Positions 28,032-38,567 of a stretch of DNA of 64,000 bases are shown here, one piece after another; the stretch's first letter is position 1, and each line of letters opens with the position of its first letter. The stretch lies in assembly GCA_002839745.1 (NCBI GenBank), contig PGYQ01000001.1, positions 80,775 to 144,774 of the forward strand, given 5' to 3'. The DNA comes from Candidatus Kuenenbacteria bacterium HGW-Kuenenbacteria-1 (lineage in GTDB: Bacteria > Patescibacteriota > Patescibacteriia > UBA2591 > PGYQ01). Below the pieces are notes generated by a model that was not told the DNA's origin, searched no databases, and saw only the letters and a list, made by a program, of their open reading frames with translations. The translations under genes and the position numbers were made by a program.

Positions 28032-30917
28032 TTAATTATCCCCTTTTATATTAATTATTAATTTTTCGCTTTGAAATGTTTTATCGTCTTTATTAATAAC
28101 AACAGCATAAAGAAAATAATTTCCTGTTAAAGTGTCGTGCCAATCAAAATTTATTTGATTATTTTGAATATTATTTAATTCTCCTATTAAATATTCTTGC
28201 ATTGTATAAATATTTTGCGCATAAATTTTTATATTTTTAGGATTAAAAATATCTATTAAAGAAAGCTTTAATTGTATAAATTCAAATTTTTGAAAAATAG
28301 AATTATTTTGAGGTATAAGCCATAAAATTTGAGGATTATAACTTTTTTCTCTTAATAAATTAAAATTTATTTCATTTTCTCCTTGATTATCAATGTCATC
28401 ATAAAAAACAACCTTTAATTTATGAAAACCATTTTCTAAATTAGAAATTGGCACTTGTTCAAAATCTTGAGGAAAATAATTAATTGTTTTGGCTAATTGA
28501 TTATCAATAAAAAATTCAATTCTGTTTATTTTTTTTCGAGGTATTTCTGCCCCAATTTTTGTTTCTATAAAAGAACTTGTGTATGTTTCATTGTCATTTG
28601 GAAAAATTATTTTTACTTTAGGTTGGTTTTCTTTTATATGTAAATCATCATATTCTGTAGGTATAATTTCATCTAAATATCCTTTTTCTTTCGCCCATTC
28701 TTTAACAGGAGCCTCCCAATTTTTAAATTGAGGATCTTTCCATGCATTTTTAGGATAAGGTCCTTGAGGATCTTCTTTGTTTATAAAATATAAAATATCA
28801 TGCACTTTAGAATATTTTTTTTCTATAATAAAAGAGGATGGAGTTAAATCCGTAGCTAATTTTCCTGAAGCCTTATCAATTTTAACGATTGTTTCATCGA
28901 TAAATTTTCCATTTAAAACCGCTTTATTAGTAACTATTTTTTTAGGTAAAGTAAATTTTTCTATTGGTGTATTTTTTAAAACTTCTTTCATAAAAGCATT
29001 CCAAATAGGCGCAGCAATATCTCCGCCAACTGCTTTTATTTTCATTTTGGTATTATCATTATTCCCCACCCAAACACCCACAGCTAAAGAAGGTGTATAC
29101 CCCATTGTCCAAGCATCTCGAAAATCATTAGTTGTTCCGGTTTTAGCTGCCACTGGTCTTTTCCCTAAATTAAGATTATTGCGAAGACCAAAAATAAAAG
29201 ATCGCGCATTATTATCAGATAAAATATCATTAATTTGTCGACAAACTTCTTGATCTAATATTCTTTGCCCTTGATTATCAGAAGTATAATCTTCTATTAT
29301 TTTTCCTTGATGATCCTCTATTTTTAAAATTGGCGTAATTTCATGTTTTATTCCTTCTTGAGCAAAAACTCCAAAAGCGATTGTATGTTCCAAAAGTTTT
29401 ACTTCGCCAGCTCCAAGAGCTAAAGGAAGACTAAAATTTTCTCTATTTTGAAAAGTAGAATAACCTAATTCATCAGCCAAATCTAAAACAAAATTTATGC
29501 CAGTTAAATAAAGAATTTTTATTGCCGGAATATTTAAAGAACCAGCCAAAGCCTTTTTTAAAGTTACTTGACCATGTTCTGTCCCGTCATAATTTTTAGG
29601 AACATAAGATTTTTTGCCAGTCGTATCAAAATTAGTTTCTAAATCAAAAAGTACTGTTTGAGGAGTAAATCCTTTTTTAAAAGCAGCTGCATAAACAATA
29701 GGTTTAAAAGAAGATCCTGGTTGACGGGGACGAAGAGCAATATTAACATTTCCGTCTTCTTTTAAATTAAAATAATCTTTTGAGCCAACCATAGCTAAAA
29801 TTTCTCCTGTTTTTGGATCAATTGCTACTAAAGCGGCATTAGTTGCTTCCCATTTTTTATTTTTTTCAGCGCCTTGTTTAATTTTTTCTTCGGCTATTTT
29901 TTGTTTTTCAAAATCCAAAGAAGTATAAACCTTTAATCCCCCTTGCTCAACAATTTTTTCTCCATACCTTTGAGTAAGAAGTTCTTTAACATACATAACA
30001 AAATGTGGAGCTAGAATATTTTCTCGACGAGAAACAATTTTTTTTAAAATATCTATCTTCTTAGCTTTTTCTACTTCTTCTTTTTTTAGGTGCCCTTCTT
30101 GAATCATTAAATCTAAAATTAATTTTTGACGAACTAAAAGTTCTTCTTTATGATTTCCCCAAGGTGAATAATAAGTAGGGGCTTTTGGTAAAGCGGCTAA
30201 TAAAGCTGATTCAGCAATATCTAAATCTCGCGCTGATTTAGCAAAATAAGTTTGAGCTGCCGCTTCAATTCCATAAGCTTGAGAACCATAAGGGATTTCA
30301 TTGAGATACATTTTTAAAATTTGATCCTTGGAAAATTTATTTTCTATTTGATAGGCCAAAACAATTTCTTTAATTTTTCGAGTATAGGTTTTTTCAGGAG
30401 TTAGAATAGCATTTTTAATAAATTGTTGAGTAATTGTGGATGCTCCTTGAAATGTTCCTCCTTGAATTAAATTAATATAAAAAGCTTTAATTATTCTTTT
30501 AAAATCAAAACCATGATGTTGATAAAATCTCTTATCTTCAACAACAATAGCGCTCCATTTTATATATTCAGGAAGTTCTTCTAAATTGATTATAGTTCTT
30601 TTTTTCTCCCCATGAATTTCATAAAGCATTATTTTACCTGTCCGATCATAAATTTTAGTGCTGAGTTCTTCAGAGCGTTCTAATAATTTATCCGGATCTG
30701 GTAAATCTTTTGAAAGCCAAGTCCATCCTAGTACTCCTGTAATCCCTATTAAAATTAAAAAAATAAAAAATATTAAAAAACAGATTTTTAAAAAATTTTT
30801 TATTTTAAAACCTATCTTTATAGAATTTTTTCTTTTTTTTGTTTTATGAAAGAAAAAAGATTTTTTTTTAGGATTAGGATCTGCCCAATTTTGGGGAGAT
30901 TTAATTTTTAAACGCAT
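28032..30917 (-). CDS. Class A penicillin-binding protein (PBP1A family) with C-terminal Ig-like extension
   Basis: EDKRFYQHHG, GASTITQQ, RKIKE, YLNEIPYG, RQPGSSFKP, SLN, KTGT. Confidence 0.93.
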   Translation of the reverse strand: MRLKIKSPQNWADPNPKKKSFFFHKTKKRKNSIKIGFKIKNFLKICFLIFFIFLILIGITGVLGWTWLSKDLPDPDKLLERSEELSTKIYDRTGKIMLYEIHGEKKRTIINLEELPEYIKWSAIVVEDKRFYQHHGFDFKRIIKAFYINLIQGGTFQGASTITQQFIKNAILTPEKTYTRKIKEIVLAYQIENKFSKDQILKMYLNEIPYGSQAYGIEAAAQTYFAKSARDLDIAESALLAALPKAPTYYSPWGNHKEELLVRQKLILDLMIQEGHLKKEEVEKAKKIDILKKIVSRRENILAPHFVMYVKELLTQRYGEKIVEQGGLKVYTSLDFEKQKIAEEKIKQGAEKNKKWEATNAALVAIDPKTGEILAMVGSKDYFNLKEDGNVNIALRPRQPGSSFKPIVYAAAFKKGFTPQTVLFDLETNFDTTGKKSYVPKNYDGTEHGQVTLKKALAGSLNIPAIKILYLTGINFVLDLADELGYSTFQNRENFSLPLALGAGEVKLLEHTIAFGVFAQEGIKHEITPILKIEDHQGKIIEDYTSDNQGQRILDQEVCRQINDILSDNNARSFIFGLRNNLNLGKRPVAAKTGTTNDFRDAWTMGYTPSLAVGVWVGNNDNTKMKIKAVGGDIAAPIWNAFMKEVLKNTPIEKFTLPKKIVTNKAVLNGKFIDETIVKIDKASGKLATDLTPSSFIIEKKYSKVHDILYFINKEDPQGPYPKNAWKDPQFKNWEAPVKEWAKEKGYLDEIIPTEYDDLHIKENQPKVKIIFPNDNETYTSSFIETKIGAEIPRKKINRIEFFIDNQLAKTINYFPQDFEQVPISNLENGFHKLKVVFYDDIDNQGENEINFNLLREKSYNPQILWLIPQNNSIFQKFEFIQLKLSLIDIFNPKNIKIYAQNIYTMQEYLIGELNNIQNNQINFDWHDTLTGNYFLYAVVINKDDKTFQSEKLIINIKGDN

Positions 30918-30960
30918 AAAAGAAATAGAATTATATTAGAATATTGATTTATATTATCTT

Positions 30961-31000
30961 AAAAAATAAACAACCCTCAAATAAATTGAAGGTTGTTTAT
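30961..31000 (-). terminator. Intrinsic terminator downstream of rplY
   Basis: 15-bp stem ataaacaaccctcaa/ttgaaggttgtttat followed by a T-run on the minus strand. Confidence 0.7.
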
Positions 31001-31064
31001 AGAAAAATGTATATTTAAAATAAGTAATTTGTTTCTTGTTGTTCTTAACTCAATCCCCTCCTCT

Positions 31065-31700
31065 TTATTTATTAATAGCAGATTTATTAGTTGGTTCTTT
31101 TTTTTCTTCTTCTTTCTTTTCTTCAACAACTTCTTTTTTCTCTTCTCTTTTTGGTGGCACAACAGCAGAGACTATTTCATCTAATTTATCTAAAATTTTA
31201 ATATTTAAAGGAATTTTAAGATCTTTAATATGAATAATATCTTCAAAAGTATTAAGACATGAAATATTAACATCTATTTCAGAAATTAAATCTTCAGGCA
31301 AACATTCAATTTCAACAGAGTCTACATTTCTTATTAATACTCCACCCAATTCTTTTATTGCTTTAGATTCTCCAATAAAATTCAATTTTATTGAATGAGT
31401 TATTTTCTCTCCTTTTTTAATTTGATAAAAATCAATATGCAAAATTTCACTTTTTACTGGATCTTTTTGAATTTCTTGAATCAAAACTTTTATAGGTTTT
31501 TGACCATCTATTATTAAATCCAAAAGGCTTCCATCTCCTACTTGTTTATAAAGTTTTTGAAAAATAGATTTTTTAATTTCAATATTTTTATTTTCTATTC
31601 CATGCCCATAAATTACAGCTGGTAAAATTCCCTTTTTTCTTAAACTTTTACTTTTTTTATTTATTAAAGTTCTTAAATTTGTTTTTAAAGTTAAATCCAT
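31065..31700 (-). CDS. rplY: 50S ribosomal protein L25 (long CTC form)
   Basis: LRKKGILPAVIYG, IQKDPV..ILHIDF, GGVL, ECLP. Confidence 0.93.
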   Translation of the reverse strand: MDLTLKTNLRTLINKKSKSLRKKGILPAVIYGHGIENKNIEIKKSIFQKLYKQVGDGSLLDLIIDGQKPIKVLIQEIQKDPVKSEILHIDFYQIKKGEKITHSIKLNFIGESKAIKELGGVLIRNVDSVEIECLPEDLISEIDVNISCLNTFEDIIHIKDLKIPLNIKILDKLDEIVSAVVPPKREEKKEVVEEKKEEEKKEPTNKSAINK

Positions 31701-31733
31701 AAAAATTTATTATTATAAAATAAATGCTTGCAA

Positions 31734-32060
31734 TTAATTTTGTTGATTTTTTTGAAAAAAAGATTGATGAACCAAAATAACATCATCATTATTAACAATA
31801 GAAGAATTTTTAAATTTTAAAACATCGCTCTCTATTAAATCAGTCACTAAACCAACTGAATTGACACCTAAATTATCAGTAGTGACCAAAGAAACAATTG
31901 AACTATAACATTTTTTACATTTTGAATAAATTAAATGTTTATTGCCTTTTTCTTCTAAAATTTTAACTTCTATTAATTTATGGTGTTCATTGCAGATTGG
32001 GCAAAAAGAAATTTTTTTTAATACTTCTAAAGATATTTGATTTAAAAAATTATTAGACAT
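31734..32060 (-). CDS. Conserved hypothetical zinc-ribbon-like protein
   Basis: CPIC...CKKC, GLVTDL. Confidence 0.6.
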   Translation of the reverse strand: MSNNFLNQISLEVLKKISFCPICNEHHKLIEVKILEEKGNKHLIYSKCKKCYSSIVSLVTTDNLGVNSVGLVTDLIESDVLKFKNSSIVNNDDVILVHQSFFQKNQQN

Positions 32061-32076
32061 AAAAATAAATTTAAAA

Positions 32077-32301
32077 TTAAAAGTTATTTTCTAAATCATC
32101 TTTTGAAATTTCAGCTTGTTTTAAAATGCTAAATATTGTACCCTTAGGTAAATCTTTTGTATGATAAGACAAAGTAACTCTTTGTTTTGTTATTAAATGA
32201 TAAAGAATATAATGACTGCCAGTGATATGATCTATTTCAAATCCTTTTTTCTTTAAAATTTTTAAAAGTTGTTTTGAAGAATAATTGGGTATTTTAGGCA
32301 T
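32077..32301 (-). CDS. hicA: HicA-family toxin
   Basis: LKKKGF...GSH, DLPKGTIFSILKQA. Confidence 0.88.
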   Translation of the reverse strand: MPKIPNYSSKQLLKILKKKGFEIDHITGSHYILYHLITKQRVTLSYHTKDLPKGTIFSILKQAEISKDDLENNF

Positions 32302-32569
32302 AAACCAAAGAAGGTTTTTTTATAAAAACTTTTTCTAATTCTACGGTAGTCATAAAAGTTTCTTCATCAGAAGGAATTAATTCTTTGTGTTTTTTAAGAC
32401 TAGCAACATAACCCTTGATGGCGTCAATAGCCATAATTTTTGCTTCTTTTAAATCTTTTCCATAAGTAATGCATCCCGGAAGACTGGGAATAATAACAGT
32501 AAACCCTCCTTCTGGTTCTGCTCGAAAAATTATATTATAATGAAAAAATTTTTGTTCTATTTGTTTCAT
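32294..32569 (-). CDS. hicB: HicB-family antitoxin (hicBA order)
   Basis: EPEGGFTVIIPSLPGCITYGKDLKEA; overlaps the hicA start. Confidence 0.88.
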   Translation of the reverse strand: MKQIEQKFFHYNIIFRAEPEGGFTVIIPSLPGCITYGKDLKEAKIMAIDAIKGYVASLKKHKELIPSDEETFMTTVELEKVFIKKPSLVYA

Positions 32570-32676
32570 AATTATTAGAAATTTAAAATTTTTTTCTTCT
32601 TTCAATTAAAAAAATAAAAACTTAAAAATATTTTTATTTTTTTATATTTTATATATTATCAAAATCTATTTTTTTG

Positions 32677-33147
32677 TCAAATATTATATGCCAATATTCC
32701 CATGGTTATTAGTGTAATTATTAAGCCAGCTAATAATACTCCAACAAAAATCAATCCTAATGCTTTCCAATAAGGTATTCCAAATAAAAATGCGGCAACT
32801 GCGCCAGACCAAGCCCCAGTCATTGGTAAAGGAATAGCGACAAAAATAATTAAAGCGATATTACCATATTGTTTAAATTTTTGATAAAAATTTTTTCTGG
32901 TTCTTTCAAAAAGCCAAGTAAAAAATCTATTAAAAAAATAAAACCGTTCCATTAAAATTTTAGACAAAGACCCAAAAAACCACAATAAAAAAAATATAGG
33001 AATCATGTTTCCAAAAACAGCCCAAAAAAATGCTTCAAAAACTGGTAATTTATAAATTCCTATAGCTATTGGGATAGTTCCTCGAAGTTCATTAATTGGC
33101 GTCATTGCTATTAATAAGGTCATTAATTGTTCATTTCCTAAAATCAT
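32677..33147 (-). CDS. Small multi-drug export (COG2426-like) membrane protein
   Basis: MTPINELRGTIP, FVAIPLPMTGAWSG. Confidence 0.8.
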   Translation of the reverse strand: MILGNEQLMTLLIAMTPINELRGTIPIAIGIYKLPVFEAFFWAVFGNMIPIFFLLWFFGSLSKILMERFYFFNRFFTWLFERTRKNFYQKFKQYGNIALIIFVAIPLPMTGAWSGAVAAFLFGIPYWKALGLIFVGVLLAGLIITLITMGILAYNI

Positions 33148-33196
33148 AATAACACAAATTTAAAATAATTTTAAATAATCTTCTATAATTTATAAT

Positions 33197-34240
33197 TTAC
33201 AATTTCTTTTCTTTCCATTTGTAATTTTCAAAAATCCATTCAATTAAATTTTTCATTTCTATAAAATTTTTTTTCTTTGTTTTATTACCTAATAAAACAG
33301 CAATGATTTCATTTCCGTCTTTATTTTCCGCCTGAATAACCAAACAACTACCTGCTTCATTGGAAAAGCCTGTTTTTCCTGCTTTAATTTTTAATGCGCC
33401 TCCCAATAATTCATTAGTATTTTCCACTATTATTTCTCTTATTTTTTTTAATCCCAAAAAAGTATCAAAATTATATTTATCAATAATTAAAATTTTTTTA
33501 ATTTCTTGATTTTTTAAGGCTTGTTTGGCTAAAATTGCTATTTCTAAAGCAGTGGATAAATTATCCGGGTCTAATCCAGTGGGTTCAACAAAATATGTAT
33601 TTTTTAATCCCATTTTTTGAGCTTTTTCATTCATTTTTTTAACAAAATCTTTTTTATTTAAACCAGTGGATCTATTTAGAGCTAGAAATGCATTATTTTT
33701 TGAACCAATTAAACCGGCGTAAAATAAATCTTTTGTTTTAATTTCTTCTTTAAAATTTACATTTAATCGAGCGCCTCCTATTTCATCTTCTTTTATAATT
33801 TTTATTTTTTTCATTAAATCAGGATTTGTTTCTAAAAAAATCAAAGCACTCATTAATTTAGTTAAGCTAGCAATACTTTTTTTCTCTTGAGGTTTTTTTT
33901 GCCAAAGAATTTTTTTTGTTTTTAAATCAACAACTATTCCATTAGGAACAGCCAATTTAATCTCTGGATTTTGCTTATTAATTCTAATAGGTTCTTTAGA
34001 TTTTAAAGGAGCTGGTTTTAAATCTACTCTTATATTTGTGGTTTGTTTTGGCAAAGTATTAAATTTTGTAAAAATATCTTTTTCTAAATATTTAGGCAAC
34101 ATCAAATTTATTTTAGATGTATCACTAATTAATTTGGTATTGTTTGTTAATTCTAAAGAAAATAAATTTATTAATTGTCCAAAAAATATTATCAATAAAG
34201 TTGTCAAAATTATTAAAAGCCATTTTATATTTTTCTTCAT
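33197..34240 (-). CDS. D-alanyl-D-alanine carboxypeptidase (peptidase S11)
   Basis: IASLTKLM (SxxK), SKN, GKTG, N-terminal TM. Confidence 0.88.
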   Translation of the reverse strand: MKKNIKWLLIILTTLLIIFFGQLINLFSLELTNNTKLISDTSKINLMLPKYLEKDIFTKFNTLPKQTTNIRVDLKPAPLKSKEPIRINKQNPEIKLAVPNGIVVDLKTKKILWQKKPQEKKSIASLTKLMSALIFLETNPDLMKKIKIIKEDEIGGARLNVNFKEEIKTKDLFYAGLIGSKNNAFLALNRSTGLNKKDFVKKMNEKAQKMGLKNTYFVEPTGLDPDNLSTALEIAILAKQALKNQEIKKILIIDKYNFDTFLGLKKIREIIVENTNELLGGALKIKAGKTGFSNEAGSCLVIQAENKDGNEIIAVLLGNKTKKKNFIEMKNLIEWIFENYKWKEKKL

Positions 34241-34349
34241 GTAAATTTTAATTAAATTTTTAATTTAAAATAGCTAAAAGTTATTTTAAATAAACCCTCC
34301 AATAAATTTTTAACGTTGCTTTGGTATTGTTTTTCATAAAGAAAAAAGA

Positions 34350-35351
34350 TTACTGATTTTGTAATTGCCATTCTAAACGGTTGGGATTATTTAATTGAAT
34401 GAAGTCATAAGCCAAATCTAAAATATTTTGCTTGGAACGATAATTTTTTATTAAAGCAATTTGTTTTGCTTTTGGATAATCTTTTTTAAATTGCATTACA
34501 TTGCTAATTGAAGCGCCACGAAATTTATAAATTGATTGGTCATCATCAAAGGAAACGGTAATATTATTTTTTTGGGCACTTAATAATTTTATTAATTCAT
34601 ATTGAGCCCAATTGGTATCTTGAAATTCATCAACAAGAATATATTTAAATTGTTTTTGATATTTTTCTAAAATTTGTGGCCTTTTTTTAAATAATTTTAA
34701 GGTATAATTAATTAAATCTCCAAAATCCAGGGCACTGTTTTCTAATAAAAGTTGTTGATAAATATGATAAGCATTTGCAATTTCATTAATTCGCGCAATT
34801 TCTTGATCTTTAATTTTTTCTTTGTTTAAATTTTTTTTCAATTTTTCGGCATATTTTAAATAATCCTCCGGCCAAATTTCTTCATCCTTGGCTCTGGAAA
34901 AATGTTTAATCATTGCTTGAATAAATTTTGTTGGATTTCCCAAAGGGCGATAATAATCCAAATTAAATCGATCAAAATTTCGTCTGATTAAAAAATTTTG
35001 TTCTGTTTGTGTCAATAATTTAAAATTATCAGACAAGCCAATATCAATGGCGTGTTGTTTAAGAATTCTTTCCGCAAAAGAATGAAAAGTAGAAATCCAC
35101 AAATCAACATAACCATAAGGCAAAAGTATATCCACTCTTTCCTCCATTTCTTCTGCCGCTTTATCAGTAAAAGTTAAAGCTAAAATTTCTTCTGGCTTCG
35201 CTTGATTAGATAAAATTAACCAAGCTATTCTGCTGGTAATAACGGTCGTTTTCCCAGTTCCTGCTCCGGCAATAATAAGCAAAGGACCATTTTTATAAGT
35301 CACTGCTTTTTTTTGTTCTTCATTTAAATTTTCTAATAAATTTTTTTCCAT
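34350..35351 (-). CDS. UvrD/PcrA helicase, N-terminal half only (motifs I-IV)
   Basis: LNEEQ, AGAGTGKT, TFTDKAA, TFHSF, LVDEFQDTN, DDDQSIYKFRGA, NYRS; stops at NPNRLEWQLQNQ*. Confidence 0.88.
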   Translation of the reverse strand: MEKNLLENLNEEQKKAVTYKNGPLLIIAGAGTGKTTVITSRIAWLILSNQAKPEEILALTFTDKAAEEMEERVDILLPYGYVDLWISTFHSFAERILKQHAIDIGLSDNFKLLTQTEQNFLIRRNFDRFNLDYYRPLGNPTKFIQAMIKHFSRAKDEEIWPEDYLKYAEKLKKNLNKEKIKDQEIARINEIANAYHIYQQLLLENSALDFGDLINYTLKLFKKRPQILEKYQKQFKYILVDEFQDTNWAQYELIKLLSAQKNNITVSFDDDQSIYKFRGASISNVMQFKKDYPKAKQIALIKNYRSKQNILDLAYDFIQLNNPNRLEWQLQNQ

Positions 35352-35393
35352 AAAAATATGTTTAGGTATGTTTGGGGGTCGTATCCACAAACA

Positions 35394-36968
35394 TTAGATT
35401 AAACTGTTTCCTGTCATTTCTTCTGGTTCTGAAATATTCATAATTTTTAAAATTGTTGGGGCAATATCAGCTAAAACACCAGAAGAAACAAGTCCACTTA
35501 AATCTGGATTAATTCTACCTAATTCTATAGCTTTATTTTCCCATTGTTTTCCAATTAAAATAAACGGCACTGGATTAGAAGAATGTTCTTTATCAATTTC
35601 TCCTGTATATAAATTAATAACTTCTTCAGCATTACCATGATCAGCAGTGATTAAAGCAGTTCCATTTTTTGATAAAATTTCATCAACAATTTTTTTTAAA
35701 CATTCATCAATATATTCCGTTGCTTGAATAACCGCTTTTAAATTTCCTGTGTGCCCAACCATATCTGTGTTAGCAAAATTTACTACAATAAAATCATATT
35801 CATCTTTGGAAATTTCTTGAAGCAATTTTTCTATTATTATAGGGGCACTCATTTTTGGCTGTTCAGCGTATGAAGAAATTTGAGGAGATGGAACAACAAT
35901 ATTGCTTTGTCCTTTGAAAGGTTTTTCTTCTCCACCATTAAAAAAATATGTCACATGAGCGTATTTTTCCGTTTCGGCAATATGTAATTGATTTAATCCT
36001 GAATCACTAAGAATTTTTGCTAATGGCATTTTAATTTCTTCTGGCGAAAAAGCTATTTTTACTAAAAGATCTTTTTCATATTCAGTCATTGTTGCAAAAT
36101 ATAAATTTTTCAAAAATTGAGGTCTTTTAAAATTTTGAAAATCTGGTAAAACAAACGCCTGAGTTAATTCTCTAGCGCGATCTGATCTAAAATTAAAAAA
36201 AATCACCGCGTCTTTGTCTTGAATTTTAGTAATTGGCTCTTTGTTTTCATTTAATAAAACTGTTGGCAAAAATTCTTCATCAAAAATATTTCGATCATAA
36301 GAATCTTGAATTGCTTCAATTGAATCATTAAAACTTTTTTCTGATTGTCCCTCTGTCATTGCTAAAAAAGTTTTTTCAATCCGATCCCAATGATTATCTC
36401 TATCCATCGCATAAAATCGTCCAGAGATTGTAGCAATTTTTCCGATACCAATTTGATTTATTTTTTCTTCTAACTCTTTTATAAATTCTATACCACTATT
36501 ATAAGCCACGTCTCGACCATCTAAAAATGCGTGAATATAAACTCGTTTTTGTTTTTCTTTTTTTGCTAATTCTAATAAACCGAAAAGATGTTCATTAAAA
36601 CTATGTGTCCCGCCATTTGAAACCAACCCCATCAAATGCAAAGCAGAATTATTTTCTTTGGTATATGAGCATGCTTCTAAAAAAACTTTGTTATTAAAAA
36701 AACTTCCATCTAAAATAGATTTATTAATTCGAGGTAAATTTTGATAAACAATTTTTCCAGCTCCCAAATTTAAATGTCCGACTTCTGAATTACCTACTTC
36801 TCCATAAGGTAATCCCACTGCTTCTCCAGAAGCCTGCAAAACAGCGCTAAAATAAGTGGTAATATATTTATTAAAATTAGGAGTTTTTGCTAAGCTAATT
36901 CCATTTCCTCTGGATGCCGGAGCCACTCCCCAGCCATCAAGAATAATTAAAACAATTGGTTTTTTCAT
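35394..36968 (-). CDS. gpmI: 2,3-bisphosphoglycerate-independent phosphoglycerate mutase (copy 2)
   Basis: LIILDGWG, GNSEVGH, DGRD, AETEKYAHVT, DMVGHTG, TADHGN. Confidence 0.95.
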   Translation of the reverse strand: MKKPIVLIILDGWGVAPASRGNGISLAKTPNFNKYITTYFSAVLQASGEAVGLPYGEVGNSEVGHLNLGAGKIVYQNLPRINKSILDGSFFNNKVFLEACSYTKENNSALHLMGLVSNGGTHSFNEHLFGLLELAKKEKQKRVYIHAFLDGRDVAYNSGIEFIKELEEKINQIGIGKIATISGRFYAMDRDNHWDRIEKTFLAMTEGQSEKSFNDSIEAIQDSYDRNIFDEEFLPTVLLNENKEPITKIQDKDAVIFFNFRSDRARELTQAFVLPDFQNFKRPQFLKNLYFATMTEYEKDLLVKIAFSPEEIKMPLAKILSDSGLNQLHIAETEKYAHVTYFFNGGEEKPFKGQSNIVVPSPQISSYAEQPKMSAPIIIEKLLQEISKDEYDFIVVNFANTDMVGHTGNLKAVIQATEYIDECLKKIVDEILSKNGTALITADHGNAEEVINLYTGEIDKEHSSNPVPFILIGKQWENKAIELGRINPDLSGLVSSGVLADIAPTILKIMNISEPEEMTGNSLI

Positions 36969-37013
36969 CTTAAAATAAACTCGTAACAGTAAACCAGTAA
37001 CGAGTAATTAAAA

Positions 37014-38567
37014 TTAGAAATTTAATTTAAAATTTTCAATTAAACTTTTTCCTTTCATTTCTTTTGGTTTTTCTATTTCGAATAATTCTAAAATTGTTGG
37101 AGCGACATCGGATAAAATTCCATCTTTTCTTAATTTTCTTTTTTGATTATCTACTAAAATAAATGGCACGGGATTTTTTGAATGTTTTGTGTCAATTTCT
37201 CCAGTTTCCAAATTAATCATTTCCTCAACATTGCCATGATCAGCTGTTATTATTACTGTTCCATTTTTTTCTTGAACCTTTTTAATAATTTTTCCCACAC
37301 ATTTATCAACGCATTCTATTGCTTGGATAGCTGCTTTTAAATTTCCTGTATGACCAATAATATCTGGGTTAGCAAAATTCACCGCAATAAAATCATAATT
37401 TAATTTATTTAAAACTGTTTTTGTAATTTCTGGCGCGCTCATTTCTGGTTGTTTATCATAATAAGGAATATCTAATGAAGGAATTTTTATTCTTTCTTCG
37501 CCATTCACAGGATCAGCATATCCGCCATTAATAAAATAAGTCATATGAGCATATTTTTCTGTTTCAGCAATATAAACTTGTTTAAATTTTTCCAAAACAA
37601 GAGGCAAACACATTTTTATATCACGAGACGGAAAAGCTGTAAAAACATGAGGTAAATCAGGTCCAAAATCAGTCATTGCTACAAAACGAATATTTTGCAA
37701 AACTTTCTTTCTTTTAAATGAACCTTCGTTCATTTTATTAAAATCTTTTTGAAGAAACGCCTTGGTTAATTCTCTAGCGCGATCAGATCTTAAATTAGAA
37801 AAAACAATCATATCATTGTCATGAATAACACTTATTGGTTTTTTGTTTTTTGTAATTACTGTCGGAGAAATATATTCATCAGTTAAATTTTTATTATAAG
37901 CCTTTGAAATTGCTTGTTCTGGACTTTCCGCTCCCTCCCCCTTTCCTAAAACCATTGCATTATAAACACTTTCAATTCTTTCCCATTTTTTCTTTCTATC
38001 CATGGCAAAAAATCGTCCAGAAATTGTAGCAATTTTTTCTTGACCTTGAAAATAAGCCTCAACTTTTTTTAAATATTTTATTGCTCCATGCTGAGAAGAA
38101 TCGCGACCATCAGTGAAAAAATGAAAAAAAATTTTATTACTATTTATTCCTTGTTGTTCAATTAATTTTAATAAAGCGTGAATATGACTCAAATCAGTAT
38201 GAGGACTTTGTGAACCTGAAAGCAAACTCATTAAATGAATATTTGTTTTATATTTTTTTGTGTGTTTTATTGCTTCTAAAATGGCTGTATTTTTAAAAAA
38301 TGTTCCATCAATAATACTTTCTGAAATATAAACAGCATCTTGTTTAACTATTCTGCCAGCTCCTAAATTAATATGCCCGGCTTCAGAATTGCCATCCTGA
38401 TAATTAGGTAAGCCAACATATTTTCCATGGGCTTTTAATAAAGTATTTGGATATTTTTTATATAAAAAATCCATCACTGGCGTCTTGGCTAAAGTGACAG
38501 CATTTCCTTTTGACGCCGGAGCAATTCCCCAGCCATCAAGAATAATTAAAACTATTGGTTTTGACAT
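37014..38567 (-). CDS. gpmI: 2,3-bisphosphoglycerate-independent phosphoglycerate mutase (copy 1)
   Basis: Likely start MSKPIVLIILDGWG; GNSEAGH, AETEKYAHMT, NPDIIGHTG, TADHGN. Confidence 0.93.
   Translation of the reverse strand: MSKPIVLIILDGWGIAPASKGNAVTLAKTPVMDFLYKKYPNTLLKAHGKYVGLPNYQDGNSEAGHINLGAGRIVKQDAVYISESIIDGTFFKNTAILEAIKHTKKYKTNIHLMSLLSGSQSPHTDLSHIHALLKLIEQQGINSNKIFFHFFTDGRDSSQHGAIKYLKKVEAYFQGQEKIATISGRFFAMDRKKKWERIESVYNAMVLGKGEGAESPEQAISKAYNKNLTDEYISPTVITKNKKPISVIHDNDMIVFSNLRSDRARELTKAFLQKDFNKMNEGSFKRKKVLQNIRFVAMTDFGPDLPHVFTAFPSRDIKMCLPLVLEKFKQVYIAETEKYAHMTYFINGGYADPVNGEERIKIPSLDIPYYDKQPEMSAPEITKTVLNKLNYDFIAVNFANPDIIGHTGNLKAAIQAIECVDKCVGKIIKKVQEKNGTVIITADHGNVEEMINLETGEIDTKHSKNPVPFILVDNQKRKLRKDGILSDVAPTILELFEIEKPKEMKGKSLIENFKLNF

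Noticed and set aside
32677..32679. Alternative genetic code 25 (TGA=Gly), as in Gracilibacteria/Absconditabacteria
   Set aside because: Core genes are full length under code 11 and TGA ends the ORF at 32677. The breaks in lepA and uvrD are TAA with no homologous sequence following.
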